DNA of 64,000 nucleotides, from the IMG/VR virus record IMGVR_UViG_3300045972_000140, positions 62,687 to 126,686 of that record, one strand, 5' to 3'. Positions 38,960 to 48,869 of this stretch are shown here, one piece after another (within the stretch, counting starts at the first letter, position 1; each line of letters opens with the position of its first letter). Below the pieces are notes generated by a model. That model ran no database searches. It was not told the origin of the DNA and saw nothing but the letters and a program-made list of their open reading frames with translations. Source of the stretch: a virus. The position numbers were made by a program, and so were the translations under genes.

Positions 38960-39718
38960 ATGTTAGATTTTATTCGTGGATCAATTCAGGGCTTTGTCAA
39001 AATTATTGACAAAGATACGGGCGAAGTCCTTGTCGATACGCATAACGATGTGCTCTATGGAAATATTTCTACGGCACTAGCGCAGGCGCTCGTAGGTAAT
39101 CCTGATAGCTTTTTATTCTATATGGCATTTGGTAACGGGGGCGCGTATATTGATCCTACCGGTATTATTATGTACAAACCATCGTTTGGTGGTCCAGCAA
39201 GTTTAGTTAAAAATCCTATTGCTAACTTGTATAACACAATATATGTTAAGAAGTTATCCAACAATGCAACATCTGCATTTGATTATGATCCACTATCTAA
39301 GGCATATATTCCAATTGAAAATGCAGCAACAAATTACGAAGATATTGTAATTGATGTAACATTGGGATACAGTGAACTACCTACAAGTGTGATATCATCT
39401 AGCATTATTCAGCAGTCACCGATTGATAATTCAGTAACAGTCGCCGGAACAACTACATCTAGTACCATGAATCCCGGTTCGCTTGTATTTAATGAAATTG
39501 GCTTATTTGCAGGATCAGGTAATATCTTCGAAGGTGGGTTTACCAAGACAGTTGCGGATGTTGATAATTTTGTAAACCAGGGTGTTAATTTTTCAAATAC
39601 CGCAAAGTCAAAATCTAAGCTAATGCTTACACATGTGATTTTTCATCCTGTGCAAAAATCAGCAAACAGATCATTAGAGATTATATATACTCTTAGAATA
39701 CAAATGGGCTCAAATTAA
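38960..39718 (+). CDS. Virion structural protein (baseplate / fibre attachment)
   Basis: MAFGNGG, FNEIGLF, MLTHVIFHPVQKSANRSLEIIYTLRI; located between baseplate and fibre genes. Confidence 0.6.
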   Translation: MLDFIRGSIQGFVKIIDKDTGEVLVDTHNDVLYGNISTALAQALVGNPDSFLFYMAFGNGGAYIDPTGIIMYKPSFGGPASLVKNPIANLYNTIYVKKLSNNATSAFDYDPLSKAYIPIENAATNYEDIVIDVTLGYSELPTSVISSSIIQQSPIDNSVTVAGTTTSSTMNPGSLVFNEIGLFAGSGNIFEGGFTKTVADVDNFVNQGVNFSNTAKSKSKLMLTHVIFHPVQKSANRSLEIIYTLRIQMGSN

Positions 39719-39720
39719 AT

Positions 39721-40974
39721 ATGACATCAATCGTTTACAAATCAGATGGAACACCAGTTTCTATACCAGATTCGGCTATATTCCAAGGGTTTAATAACCA
39801 ATCTGCAAATACCAATAAAGGTATAGGAATACAACTTACAGGACAAAATGCAGGCGGATATGTAGAACCATTTGCACAGACACTAGTACAACTAACTGAA
39901 AATTTTGCATCTACTACAGTATTGTTAGATTCAACTACATTACAGGGCCAACTGTGGTTTCAGAAAATATCCGCATCCTCCGGTGATTTATATGTTAAAA
40001 CAGCAACAACACTCACAGGCATTGCAAATTGGCAAAAACTATTAACTAGTAATGGACTAGCGTCTAGCGCAGTTATATCGTTTAATTCTCGTAATGGTAA
40101 TGTTACGTTAACATCGTCTGATGTAACAACTGCACTCGGGTATACACCCGGGTCAGGTAGTGGCTCAGTTACATCTGTATCTGCTACAGGTTCTTCAGAT
40201 ATTAATGTTAGTGGATCACCTATCACCACATCGGGTACATTATCTTTTTCATTGTCACCGACTTCCGTTTCTGCAGGAAGCTATACAAATGCAGATATTA
40301 CGGTCGATGCTAATGGCAGAATTACTAGTGCATCAAATGGTGCGTCGGGTACCGCAGGAACAGTTACCTCTGTAGCAGGTACTGGTACTGTATCTGGTTT
40401 AACATTATCGGGTACGGTTACAACATCTGGTAATTTAACACTTGGCGGTACATTAACACTTGCGAGCAGCGATGTGACTACTGCACTTGGTTATACACCG
40501 GGGACCGGTACTGTTACCTCTATCGCAGCAACAGGATCTGCAGATATATCAGTTAGTGGATCTCCTATTACATCATCGGGCACGTTAGCATTTTCACTTG
40601 CACCCACAACTGTGACAGCAGGTTCGTATACTAGTTCGAATATTACAGTTGATGCTAACGGTCGAGTTACATCGGCAAGCAACGGGGCTACAGGTGCTGG
40701 ATTAGGGTATAGTCAAACTTGGCAAAATGTAACAAGGTCCGTTGGTGTAACCTATTATAATACTACTGGAAAACCAATATCAGTACACGTAAGGAATAGC
40801 ACATCAACTGATAACGGTATATGGTTAACAATTGGTGGTGTCGAGGCCGATGGTACTCAAAATGGTAATTATTCGGGTACGCAGTCGGCTGTGACAGGTG
40901 TTGTCCCCGTCGGTGGCAGTTATGTAGTTACAAATGTAGGCGCCGGTATAGCTGTTTGGTCCGAACTTAGATAA
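39721..40974 (+). CDS. Tail fibre protein
   Basis: N-terminal anchor (LTENFAS..LQGQLWF), Ser/Thr/Gly-rich repeats, C-terminal GLGYSQTWQNVTRSVGVTYYNTTGKPI...WSELR fibre-tip domain. Confidence 0.75.
   Translation: MTSIVYKSDGTPVSIPDSAIFQGFNNQSANTNKGIGIQLTGQNAGGYVEPFAQTLVQLTENFASTTVLLDSTTLQGQLWFQKISASSGDLYVKTATTLTGIANWQKLLTSNGLASSAVISFNSRNGNVTLTSSDVTTALGYTPGSGSGSVTSVSATGSSDINVSGSPITTSGTLSFSLSPTSVSAGSYTNADITVDANGRITSASNGASGTAGTVTSVAGTGTVSGLTLSGTVTTSGNLTLGGTLTLASSDVTTALGYTPGTGTVTSIAATGSADISVSGSPITSSGTLAFSLAPTTVTAGSYTSSNITVDANGRVTSASNGATGAGLGYSQTWQNVTRSVGVTYYNTTGKPISVHVRNSTSTDNGIWLTIGGVEADGTQNGNYSGTQSAVTGVVPVGGSYVVTNVGAGIAVWSELR
40108..40689 (+). repeat. Intragenic duplication of a ~78-aa fibre shaft module
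   Basis: LTSSDVTTALGYTPG...ITVDANGRITSASNGA recurs as LASSDVTTALGYTPG...ITVDANGRVTSASNGA. Confidence 0.85.
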
Positions 40975-40981
40975 GGAATAT

Positions 40982-41254
40982 ATGTACTACAAAGATACTG
41001 ATAATAAATTACATTGGTTAGATTCTAGCGAGTTTGAGCACTTATTACCTACAGGCAGCTTACAAATCACCGATGCAGAAGCCGAAAGTATACAGGTGCC
41101 AGACGCACCGACTGTTGCCCAGCAGATATTAGCACTAGAAGCAACTGTAACTCCTAGGCGATTACGCGACGCTGTGTTGACACCCGAGGGTAAGATTTGG
41201 CTCGAAGATATAGAATCTAAGATTACAACCCTTCGCCAAGAAATAAAAAATTGA
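40982..41254 (+). CDS. Tail fibre assembly chaperone-like protein
   Basis: Follows the fibre gene; MYYKD...LHWLD...LLP.G...ITDAEAE pattern. Confidence 0.6.
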   Translation: MYYKDTDNKLHWLDSSEFEHLLPTGSLQITDAEAESIQVPDAPTVAQQILALEATVTPRRLRDAVLTPEGKIWLEDIESKITTLRQEIKN

Positions 41255-41283
41255 TAAATAGTAAAAATTAAGGAATTTCACGA

Positions 41284-41853
41284 ATGGCATACACAATTTA
41301 TCACGCAGATGGCACACCAGTAAATGTACCAGACAATGCAATTGATACTGAATTTTACAACTCAAATGCAAACGGCATAGGCATCGGCATTGGTACACAG
41401 TTGGTAGGTCGCAATGCAATTAATTACGGTACACCTACAGCGCAGAACTTCTTGCAAATAACTGAGAATTTTGCAGGCACAGTTATGCCTTCGGATTCTA
41501 TTGCACTACAAGGTCAACTTTGGTTTGAAAAGACAAATACTACATCGGGCAAACTTCACGTAAGAATAGCCAACGCAACATCGGGCAGCGCAGCAAACTG
41601 GCGAGAAATAGTAGCATACGATGCATCAGGTAATATCACAGCAAATAATATCACAGCAACAGGTGAGTTTATAGGTAGTGGTGCTGGTTTATCTAATATC
41701 CCTGTTTCTGCAATTGTTGGACTTAAAAACTGGTCAGTTGTAAATCCAACAGCCGGATCAGAAAAAGATGGCGACATAAAAGTAGTAGGTTCTGTTATAT
41801 CCATATATGCAGCCGGCAGTTGGAACAAAGTATTCCCAGCAATATACTCATAA
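41284..41853 (+). CDS. Short fibre / baseplate-attached protein sharing the N-terminal anchor domain of 39721..40974
   Basis: MAYTIYHADGTPV.VPD.AI...LVGRNAINYG...QNFLQITENFA...LQGQLWF. GATAAATA at 41253-41260. Confidence 0.65.
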   Translation: MAYTIYHADGTPVNVPDNAIDTEFYNSNANGIGIGIGTQLVGRNAINYGTPTAQNFLQITENFAGTVMPSDSIALQGQLWFEKTNTTSGKLHVRIANATSGSAANWREIVAYDASGNITANNITATGEFIGSGAGLSNIPVSAIVGLKNWSVVNPTAGSEKDGDIKVVGSVISIYAAGSWNKVFPAIYS

Positions 41854-41868
41854 TCCGGGGAATAATAT

Positions 41869-42771
41869 ATGACTTATTCTACTGGTAGTCCAATACTAGC
41901 AAATGACTACAATTCATTTGCTGCAGGAATGAATGAAATTTTTGCTGATACAAATCAAGGCGCAACATCGCTTCCTGGCGCCAGCTACGGCTACGGGCAA
42001 TTGCCATTGTTATCGAGTGTATTGTCTGCATCAGATATAACGTCAGCACAGTGGTCTGCATTATTCGACACAATGCGTAAAAGTGGCACTCACCAAGGTA
42101 CAACTGTTGTACCACCTCTTCCGGCATCGGATCCAATAATAGGCAATGACATCATTTCGTACGCAGGTGTTACTGCATTAATAACGACGTTATATTTGAG
42201 TAAATTCAATATAGCAGTAGGTCAAGGCGCATTAACATCCGACTCCGAAGCGCAACCATCCACTGGCTGGACACATACGCTTACATACGATGTTTCTATA
42301 AATTTTAATAGCTGGGATCAGGCTCGATATTTCTTTAATACGGGTGGATATATGTCTTTGTCTGGAACATATGCTCCGATTGTAACGCCGGATGATGCAA
42401 GCTGGTTAGCAGCATTAACAGCAATGGGTACACTCAGATTACAAGCAACATCTAACACTGGCACTACTCCATCGGTGGGGTTTTATAATCTCACAACTTC
42501 GCCAACACAGATCTATTTAGGTCATGCAGGCGGTGGCCACTATTATTCTGGCAACACAATAACAGTTGACGCAAAATTAACTGCAAGTCCCGGAACAGCA
42601 GGCATAATAGGCATAATTTTTACAGTAGTACTTACTGATAATGATCCTGCACACCATTTGCCAATTAAGAGCGGAACTACTACATATACTGTAAGCAATC
42701 TGTGCTCTGTGGGTGCTGTGCCTGTAACTCCACCAATTTGGCCACCAACTCATACATTCGCATCGACCTAA
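41869..42771 (+). CDS. Virion structural protein
   Basis: MTYSTGSPILANDYN, YGYGQ, ITSAQW, QARYFFNTGG; Thr/Gly-rich and beta-prone. Confidence 0.6.
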   Translation: MTYSTGSPILANDYNSFAAGMNEIFADTNQGATSLPGASYGYGQLPLLSSVLSASDITSAQWSALFDTMRKSGTHQGTTVVPPLPASDPIIGNDIISYAGVTALITTLYLSKFNIAVGQGALTSDSEAQPSTGWTHTLTYDVSINFNSWDQARYFFNTGGYMSLSGTYAPIVTPDDASWLAALTAMGTLRLQATSNTGTTPSVGFYNLTTSPTQIYLGHAGGGHYYSGNTITVDAKLTASPGTAGIIGIIFTVVLTDNDPAHHLPIKSGTTTYTVSNLCSVGAVPVTPPIWPPTHTFAST

Positions 42772-42822
42772 AATAAAATCTCCCGTTAAAACTATAGATA
42801 AATAGTGCAAACGGGAGATTTC

Positions 42823-43182
42823 ATGGAAGAACGGCTACAACAAGCACTCGAGTTTGCTAACTACAGACAAACTCTTAATAATCAACTTAGAACAATTAAA
42901 ATTAAGGCCGAAGGCCTTCTTATGTTCTCGGAGTCCGGTGGTACATTCAGTATCGATCAACAACTAATTTGTTTTTTAGATCTACTCGAACGAGAAGGAC
43001 ACACAACAGTTACACTCCTGGATGATAATAAATCTCCAATTCAAATTACAGATGTTACTGATTTTAAGAAGCGAGTAATGGCAAGATACTTTGAAGTAAC
43101 AAACGATTACTTCGGGGAAGCACAGGCAATTAAGAAATCGAGGACAGTAAAATCTATCCTTGATATTAAGGATATAGAATGA
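42823..43182 (+). CDS. Conserved hypothetical protein leading the glycosyltransferase operon
   Basis: MEERLQQALEFANYRQTL; GGGAG SD; GATAAATA at 42797-42804. Confidence 0.7.
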   Translation: MEERLQQALEFANYRQTLNNQLRTIKIKAEGLLMFSESGGTFSIDQQLICFLDLLEREGHTTVTLLDDNKSPIQITDVTDFKKRVMARYFEVTNDYFGEAQAIKKSRTVKSILDIKDIE

Positions 43183-44066
43183 CACGCGGAGTATTGATGT
43201 ACGCACACAACAATACTGAAATTGATTATTTTAAGATTGCGTGTGCCAATGCATTATTAGTACAGAAGAATTTAAAAGTACCTGTAACACTAGTATCAGA
43301 CGAAGGTACAGTGTCGTGGGGTAAGACAGCACTAGGTGAAGATTTTGTCAACCAGTGTTTTGAGCAGATTGTTATTGTAGATAGAGATTATACCTATTCG
43401 AATCCACGAAACTATTCGGACACGTCCTTTTCAAGTAAACCTTTGCAGTTCTATAATTGCAAACATTGGCAAGCATATAAGTTGTCGCCGTACGACGAAA
43501 CATTGTTTATTGATTCGGATTACCTTATAATGAGCTCAGCGTTAAGCAATTGCTGGGGAAGTAATAAAGATATAATGATTAATAAGACAATAATTAATAT
43601 CGTTGATACAAAGGATTCGTATACTAAAACAATAGACGATTTTGGTATTGCACAGTACTGGGCAACTGTTGTATATTTTACTAAAAGTCCATTCTCTGAG
43701 CTGTTCTTTGACATAATCGGTCATATAGAAAATAATTATTCTTATTTCAATCAGTTGTTTTATTTTACGAATCGCATGTTTAGAAATGATAATGCATTTA
43801 GTATTGCAGTCCATATGATGAATGGCTTCGTTGATTCCAGTGAAGTTGTATCTGAGCTACCTATTCCGGGTCTGTTTATGTCATGGGATAAGGATGATAT
43901 TCTAGATATCAACGATGTAAACGAAATAACAATCTACGCAGAAAAGCCAACAAAGGGTACTTATACGCTCGCTAGGTTAAAGAATCAAGATGTCCATGTT
44001 ATGAATAAGTGGGCTATTAACAGATTTAGTGATAAGTTAATTAACTTATGCAAGGAAACAAAATGA
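43179..44066 (+). CDS. GT-A fold glycosyltransferase (GT8-like)
   Basis: AYKLSPYDETLFIDSD DxD motif. Confidence 0.7.
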   Translation: MTRGVLMYAHNNTEIDYFKIACANALLVQKNLKVPVTLVSDEGTVSWGKTALGEDFVNQCFEQIVIVDRDYTYSNPRNYSDTSFSSKPLQFYNCKHWQAYKLSPYDETLFIDSDYLIMSSALSNCWGSNKDIMINKTIINIVDTKDSYTKTIDDFGIAQYWATVVYFTKSPFSELFFDIIGHIENNYSYFNQLFYFTNRMFRNDNAFSIAVHMMNGFVDSSEVVSELPIPGLFMSWDKDDILDINDVNEITIYAEKPTKGTYTLARLKNQDVHVMNKWAINRFSDKLINLCKETK

Positions 44067-44920
44067 CACGCGGATATTTAATTTTAGCACAGAATACACG
44101 AAGCGAAAATTATCTACGTATGGCATATGCTCTTGCGTTAAGCATAAAGAATTCGCAGTCAACTGAACGTAATGTAACGCTCGCAACCGATAATACTGCT
44201 CTTGTACCAATTAAGTACGGGATGGTATTTGACAATATTGTTGAAATTCCGTGGACCGATGCAGCATCGTTATCTAAGTGGAAAATTGAAAATAAGTGGA
44301 AATATTATTATATGACTCCTTATGATGAAACGATTATCTTAGATGCCGATATGGTCTTTTCTTCAGATATTAGCCACTGGTGGAACATTTTATCGCAACG
44401 TGATGTGTGGATTACAGATAAGCCGCAGACATATCGCGGAGAAGTAATTACATCCGACAAGTACAGAAAAACATTCGTTGCAAACGAATTACCTAACGTT
44501 TACACTGCATTTATGTATTTTAAGAAAAGCCAGTTGGCCGCAGATATCTTTAAAATGACTGGTTTAATATTCGACAATTGGGATAGATTTTTCTATACAT
44601 ACTTAGACGAAACACGCCCTAAACATCTTTCGGGCGATGTTGCATTCGCATTGGCTATCAAGATTCTCGGCGTAGAAAACGAATGTTTTGGTAAGTTAGA
44701 TAGTGTTCCGTCGTTTGTGCATATGAAAAGTGATTTACAAAATCTTAAGGAAGTAAATGCGTTCGAAGATTGGACTCAGCATATCCCTACTTACTTCAGG
44801 AACGATGGCGGATTTAAAATCGGCAACTACGAACAAACACTGCCATTTCACTATCATATTAAGGACTGGCTAACAGACGACATTGTTCGTATATTAGAAA
44901 AGAGGATGAGCGAAGTATGA
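44063..44920 (+). CDS. GT-A fold glycosyltransferase (GT8-like), paralogue of the preceding gene
   Basis: MTRGYLILA...YYMTPYDETIILDAD, VHMK, FHYH. Confidence 0.7.
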   Translation: MTRGYLILAQNTRSENYLRMAYALALSIKNSQSTERNVTLATDNTALVPIKYGMVFDNIVEIPWTDAASLSKWKIENKWKYYYMTPYDETIILDADMVFSSDISHWWNILSQRDVWITDKPQTYRGEVITSDKYRKTFVANELPNVYTAFMYFKKSQLAADIFKMTGLIFDNWDRFFYTYLDETRPKHLSGDVAFALAIKILGVENECFGKLDSVPSFVHMKSDLQNLKEVNAFEDWTQHIPTYFRNDGGFKIGNYEQTLPFHYHIKDWLTDDIVRILEKRMSEV

Positions 44921-45525
44921 ATCCACTAATTTTAATGTATGTGTATTTTGATACATCGGGCGATATTAAGGCTATATCACCCGATGTAATTTTGTCGTAC
45001 GAAGGTGTATACCAATCGGCAACATTCTCGTTAGCGCAAGTTTCTACATTTCTAGAAGGTAAAGCAAATACTTTTAACTATTTCATTAAGAAAGATGTTA
45101 AAGGTTTTTCAACCGAATATATAATTGCACCAAAGTCTAGTGTTCAGGTGAGTAATCTACGCACATTGGACAGTTATCTCGAAGATATCTCTAAGAACAC
45201 CGATTTAGAAAATTCAATGATGTGTGTACATAACGATACATTAACAAAAGATATTACGATTATTATCAATCCAGAACTATATAGATTACAAGAAAGTGGC
45301 AACGACAGTGAAAAGAAATTTGTGGAATCGTTCTTAAATATAGGTAGAATTTCTTTATTCTTTACTAGAAAAAATGATCCTTATTATCTAAATTTTACAC
45401 TAGATTTTACAGTAACAGAATTGCATAAGGCAGGAACCCTGTGTGTAGAGCACAATTTAGATTTATCCGATACCAGCATATTTACACGTAAGATAACAAA
45501 TGGATATAGATATATCGAAAGGTAA
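44917..45525 (+). CDS. Hypothetical protein
   Basis: 202-aa ORF coupled to the preceding gene by an ATGA overlap. Confidence 0.7.
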   Translation: MNPLILMYVYFDTSGDIKAISPDVILSYEGVYQSATFSLAQVSTFLEGKANTFNYFIKKDVKGFSTEYIIAPKSSVQVSNLRTLDSYLEDISKNTDLENSMMCVHNDTLTKDITIIINPELYRLQESGNDSEKKFVESFLNIGRISLFFTRKNDPYYLNFTLDFTVTELHKAGTLCVEHNLDLSDTSIFTRKITNGYRYIER

Positions 45526-45527
45526 TT

Positions 45528-46529
45528 ATGGCATTTACAAACTTAAACTTATTTGATGTAATATTTATTAGTTACGACGAAGACAACTGTGAAGAAAATT
45601 GGGCAAACTTAGTTAATAAAGTGCCGTGGGCAAAACGTGTACATAAGGTCGAGGGCTCCGATGCTGCACATAAAGCTGCCGCCAATTTATCCGAAACCGA
45701 TATGTTTATTTCTGTAGATGCAGATAATATAGTCGATCCTACATTCTTTGATATGGAATTAGATTTAGAGCATCCTAAGTTAGCAGGTAAGGCTATTAGC
45801 TGGTCTGCACAGAATGCAATCAATGGGTTAGAGTATGGCAATGGTGGATTAAAGTTGTGGCCTAAATCTCATGTGTTAAACATGAAAACACACGAAGCAT
45901 CTGAATCAGCAGATAAAAGAGCACAGTTAGAATTTTGTTGGGATGACAACTATATTCAGATGACTAATCAGTATTGCACTACATTTCCTAATGGTAGTCC
46001 AAGACAAGCATTTCGCGCAGGCTTTAGGGAAGGTGTGAAGATGAGTTTAGACCAGGGTGGTAAAGTTGACCCATTAAAGTTCAAAGAAATCATTTGGTGG
46101 GGCAATTACAAACGCCTCATTACATGGTGTAGCGTTGGTGCAGATGTGACAAACGGACTATGGGCCATGTATGGCGCTCGCTTAGGTTGCCACATGACTA
46201 ATCTTACAGAGTGGGATTATGTAAATGTTCGCGACTTCGAATATATCAATAAGTTTTGGGCAGATGTTGTTGTTCCCGATTTCCGTGCAACAATTGATTC
46301 GGTTAATGTTGATAAGTGCTACAAGACTAACTTCGTGTGGGACACGGATAAACTATCATCTGAAATTAGCAGACTAGGCGATGCATTAAGAAAAGGTTGC
46401 GGCATCGAAGTTGCAGAGCTAGACCCCATCCAGAGTAAGTTTTATAAATCAGCTATTATTCACGCACCGCGTATGAATAAAATGTTTACAGAAGATGAAC
46501 TCAACGAATTACGACGACTAAATAGATAA
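45528..46529 (+). CDS. GT-A fold glycosyltransferase-like protein
   Basis: DVIFISYDE, AAHKAAA, FISVDADN, NGLEYGNGGLKLW, AFRAGFREGVKM. Confidence 0.7.
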   Translation: MAFTNLNLFDVIFISYDEDNCEENWANLVNKVPWAKRVHKVEGSDAAHKAAANLSETDMFISVDADNIVDPTFFDMELDLEHPKLAGKAISWSAQNAINGLEYGNGGLKLWPKSHVLNMKTHEASESADKRAQLEFCWDDNYIQMTNQYCTTFPNGSPRQAFRAGFREGVKMSLDQGGKVDPLKFKEIIWWGNYKRLITWCSVGADVTNGLWAMYGARLGCHMTNLTEWDYVNVRDFEYINKFWADVVVPDFRATIDSVNVDKCYKTNFVWDTDKLSSEISRLGDALRKGCGIEVAELDPIQSKFYKSAIIHAPRMNKMFTEDELNELRRLNR

Positions 46530-46539
46530 AGGATATAAA

Positions 46540-47490
46540 TTGGAACACGCATATATTAAATTAGAACACCTTAACCCACGGCATGCCGATTGGGTAGTAA
46601 TAAACTGGTGCATCGGGAATTTCTGTAACTACAGTTGCAGTTATTGCCCGAGTGGATTACACGACGGTTCGCGTATGTGGCCCGATAAAAATGCAGTAAA
46701 AGCGTTCATAAAGAATGTGGCAGATCACTATAGTCCAAAGAAAGTCTATTTTGAATTTACCGGCGGCGAAGTAACCCTGTGGACACACTTTTCCGAGATA
46801 TGCAGATATTGTGCAGAAATCGGGGTTAAGGTGGGTTGTATTTCTAATGCATCTCGTACACTACGCTGGTGGCAGGAAAATAAACAATTTATTGATCATG
46901 CATGTCTGAGTTTCCACCCAGAACACGCAAAACCCGACCATTTTATTAGTATTGTAAAAGAAGTACATCAGGATCTTCGAACACACGTTAATATAATGAT
47001 GAGTCCCGAAAAATTCGATTATTGTTTTGATGTTGCACAGAGAGTAGTCGAATTAGGTGATATCAGTATAGCATTGCAGCCACTGATACATGATTTTGGA
47101 GATACACTATTTGACTATACAGATGAACAAAAGCATGTATTTGATCAACAGCACGAATTGTGTGTTAAGAAGATTAAGTATACAAAATCATTTGATTATT
47201 ACCGCGGGGCAATGAAAAAAGTATTTGCCGATGGCGAAGAAGTACCAAGCAGTGCTCATAGATTCATAAGCGACAAAACAAATGACTGGTCCGGCTGGAA
47301 ATGTTACTCTGGTGTTGAACAGTTAATAGTAGATATGGATGGTTCGATTTATCGTGGTTGGTGCAAAGTTGGCAACGAAATTGGTCATATAACAGACACA
47401 GTATTAGAGCTACCGACACAGCCAATTATTTGCAATAAAACAATGTGCCATTGTAATTTTGATATTATGTCAACGAAAGAACCAGTATAA
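46540..47490 (+). CDS. Radical SAM enzyme with C-terminal SPASM/twitch-like Cys domain
   Basis: CNYSCSYC, FTGGEVT; C-terminal WKCYSG...GWC...ICNKTMCHC. TTG start with AAGGA SD. Confidence 0.9.
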   Translation: MEHAYIKLEHLNPRHADWVVINWCIGNFCNYSCSYCPSGLHDGSRMWPDKNAVKAFIKNVADHYSPKKVYFEFTGGEVTLWTHFSEICRYCAEIGVKVGCISNASRTLRWWQENKQFIDHACLSFHPEHAKPDHFISIVKEVHQDLRTHVNIMMSPEKFDYCFDVAQRVVELGDISIALQPLIHDFGDTLFDYTDEQKHVFDQQHELCVKKIKYTKSFDYYRGAMKKVFADGEEVPSSAHRFISDKTNDWSGWKCYSGVEQLIVDMDGSIYRGWCKVGNEIGHITDTVLELPTQPIICNKTMCHCNFDIMSTKEPV

Positions 47491-48869
47491 TGGAACCACA
47501 TGTCAACACCAATAAGCAATTCAGAATTTACGACGTAACCGGTAAATTTAACAGGTTCAGTGTTGACGAAGTTATTGCTAATAATTTCAATCGCTGGAAT
47601 GGCTGGCAATGCAGTGCCGGTGTACGTGGATTATACATCGACTACGATGGTAATGTCTGGATAGGTAATTGTGCAAGTAGTAGCAGAAATAAAAATTCTC
47701 ACTATGATAGCTGGCAAAATTTTATCGATTCGGAGTGGAAAAAAACACGAGATGCAATTTTTGGTCCTATACCACATAGAAAGTGGAGATCGCAGAATAC
47801 GGGTAGAGATAATGTTGTCTTAGATGACACAGCAACAGAATGGGTCTTAACACAAGATGACTGGGATAATTCGGAAAAGATATTAACTGTAAAATTTAAA
47901 GAAGTAGAAACTGAATTCTTTTCTACATTAGAAACAAAACTTAGAAAGAAATTTAATGCCAATGGATCAGGATTTCAATGGCAGGCAACACCCGACGACA
48001 TAGGCAATGTATGGGGGCTATTAGGTAATATCTATAATACATGGTCTACAACAACAGAATGGACAGAATGTAAAATAGAAGCTTGCGGATGCGGGGCCGA
48101 TGTAATACTGAGTAAGAGTAAAGATATAAAATCCAAAGATCATTTGCATGTAACAAAGTATAAGTACAACGGGCAATATGACAGTTTAAATCTACAATCT
48201 AATATATTATCTGAGCACGTTGCTGTAGAAATGGATTTTCCCATTGACTACCAGATATTATGGGATATTAGTAGGCGTTGTAATTTTTCGTGCTCGTATT
48301 GCTGGCCTAGTGTACACAACAATACCGATCCGCACCACGACTGGGAAGTTATACAAGCAACCCTTTATAAGGCAATAAACGAATGGGCATATAATAATCC
48401 TATACGATGGAATTTTGGTGGCGGAGAACCCACATTACATCCAAAATTCCTAGATATTTTAAAGATACTAAAAGATAATAAACAATGGACTATGGTAACT
48501 ACAAACGGTAGTCTAAAGTCTGCGTTTTGGCACAAGGCTAAAAAATTACTTAATTCTGTAAACTTTAGTTGTCATTTTGAAAAAGTTGACGAAGAACAAT
48601 TTATAAATAACGTAAAAATAGTGCTGGACTGGCACGACGAGTGCAACGACGATCTCTGGTGCGAAATAAAATTAATGGCGCCACCAGGCGTAGTTAAACG
48701 AGCACTAGCAATGAAAGACATTATTAATTCATTAGAAACATTTAACCGCCCAGGTCTAAATGGAAGAAAAAAAGGTGCCATTAGTATAGTACCAATTCGA
48801 GGGCTAACAGACTCTAATGCACTTGTTGATTATACAGAAGAAGAACTTGAGATTTTACGCACACAATGA
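47490..48869 (+). CDS. Radical SAM enzyme with N-terminal SPASM/twitch-like domain
   Basis: N-terminal WQCSAG...GNC...ECKIEACGC, then CNFSCSYC, FGGGEPTLHP, TTNG. Confidence 0.9.
   Translation: MEPHVNTNKQFRIYDVTGKFNRFSVDEVIANNFNRWNGWQCSAGVRGLYIDYDGNVWIGNCASSSRNKNSHYDSWQNFIDSEWKKTRDAIFGPIPHRKWRSQNTGRDNVVLDDTATEWVLTQDDWDNSEKILTVKFKEVETEFFSTLETKLRKKFNANGSGFQWQATPDDIGNVWGLLGNIYNTWSTTTEWTECKIEACGCGADVILSKSKDIKSKDHLHVTKYKYNGQYDSLNLQSNILSEHVAVEMDFPIDYQILWDISRRCNFSCSYCWPSVHNNTDPHHDWEVIQATLYKAINEWAYNNPIRWNFGGGEPTLHPKFLDILKILKDNKQWTMVTTNGSLKSAFWHKAKKLLNSVNFSCHFEKVDEEQFINNVKIVLDWHDECNDDLWCEIKLMAPPGVVKRALAMKDIINSLETFNRPGLNGRKKGAISIVPIRGLTDSNALVDYTEEELEILRTQ

Noticed and set aside
40108-40689. Diversity-generating retroelement template/variable repeat pair in the fibre gene
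   Set aside because: Both copies are in-frame shaft modules, differences are not adenine-specific, and no reverse transcriptase is present.
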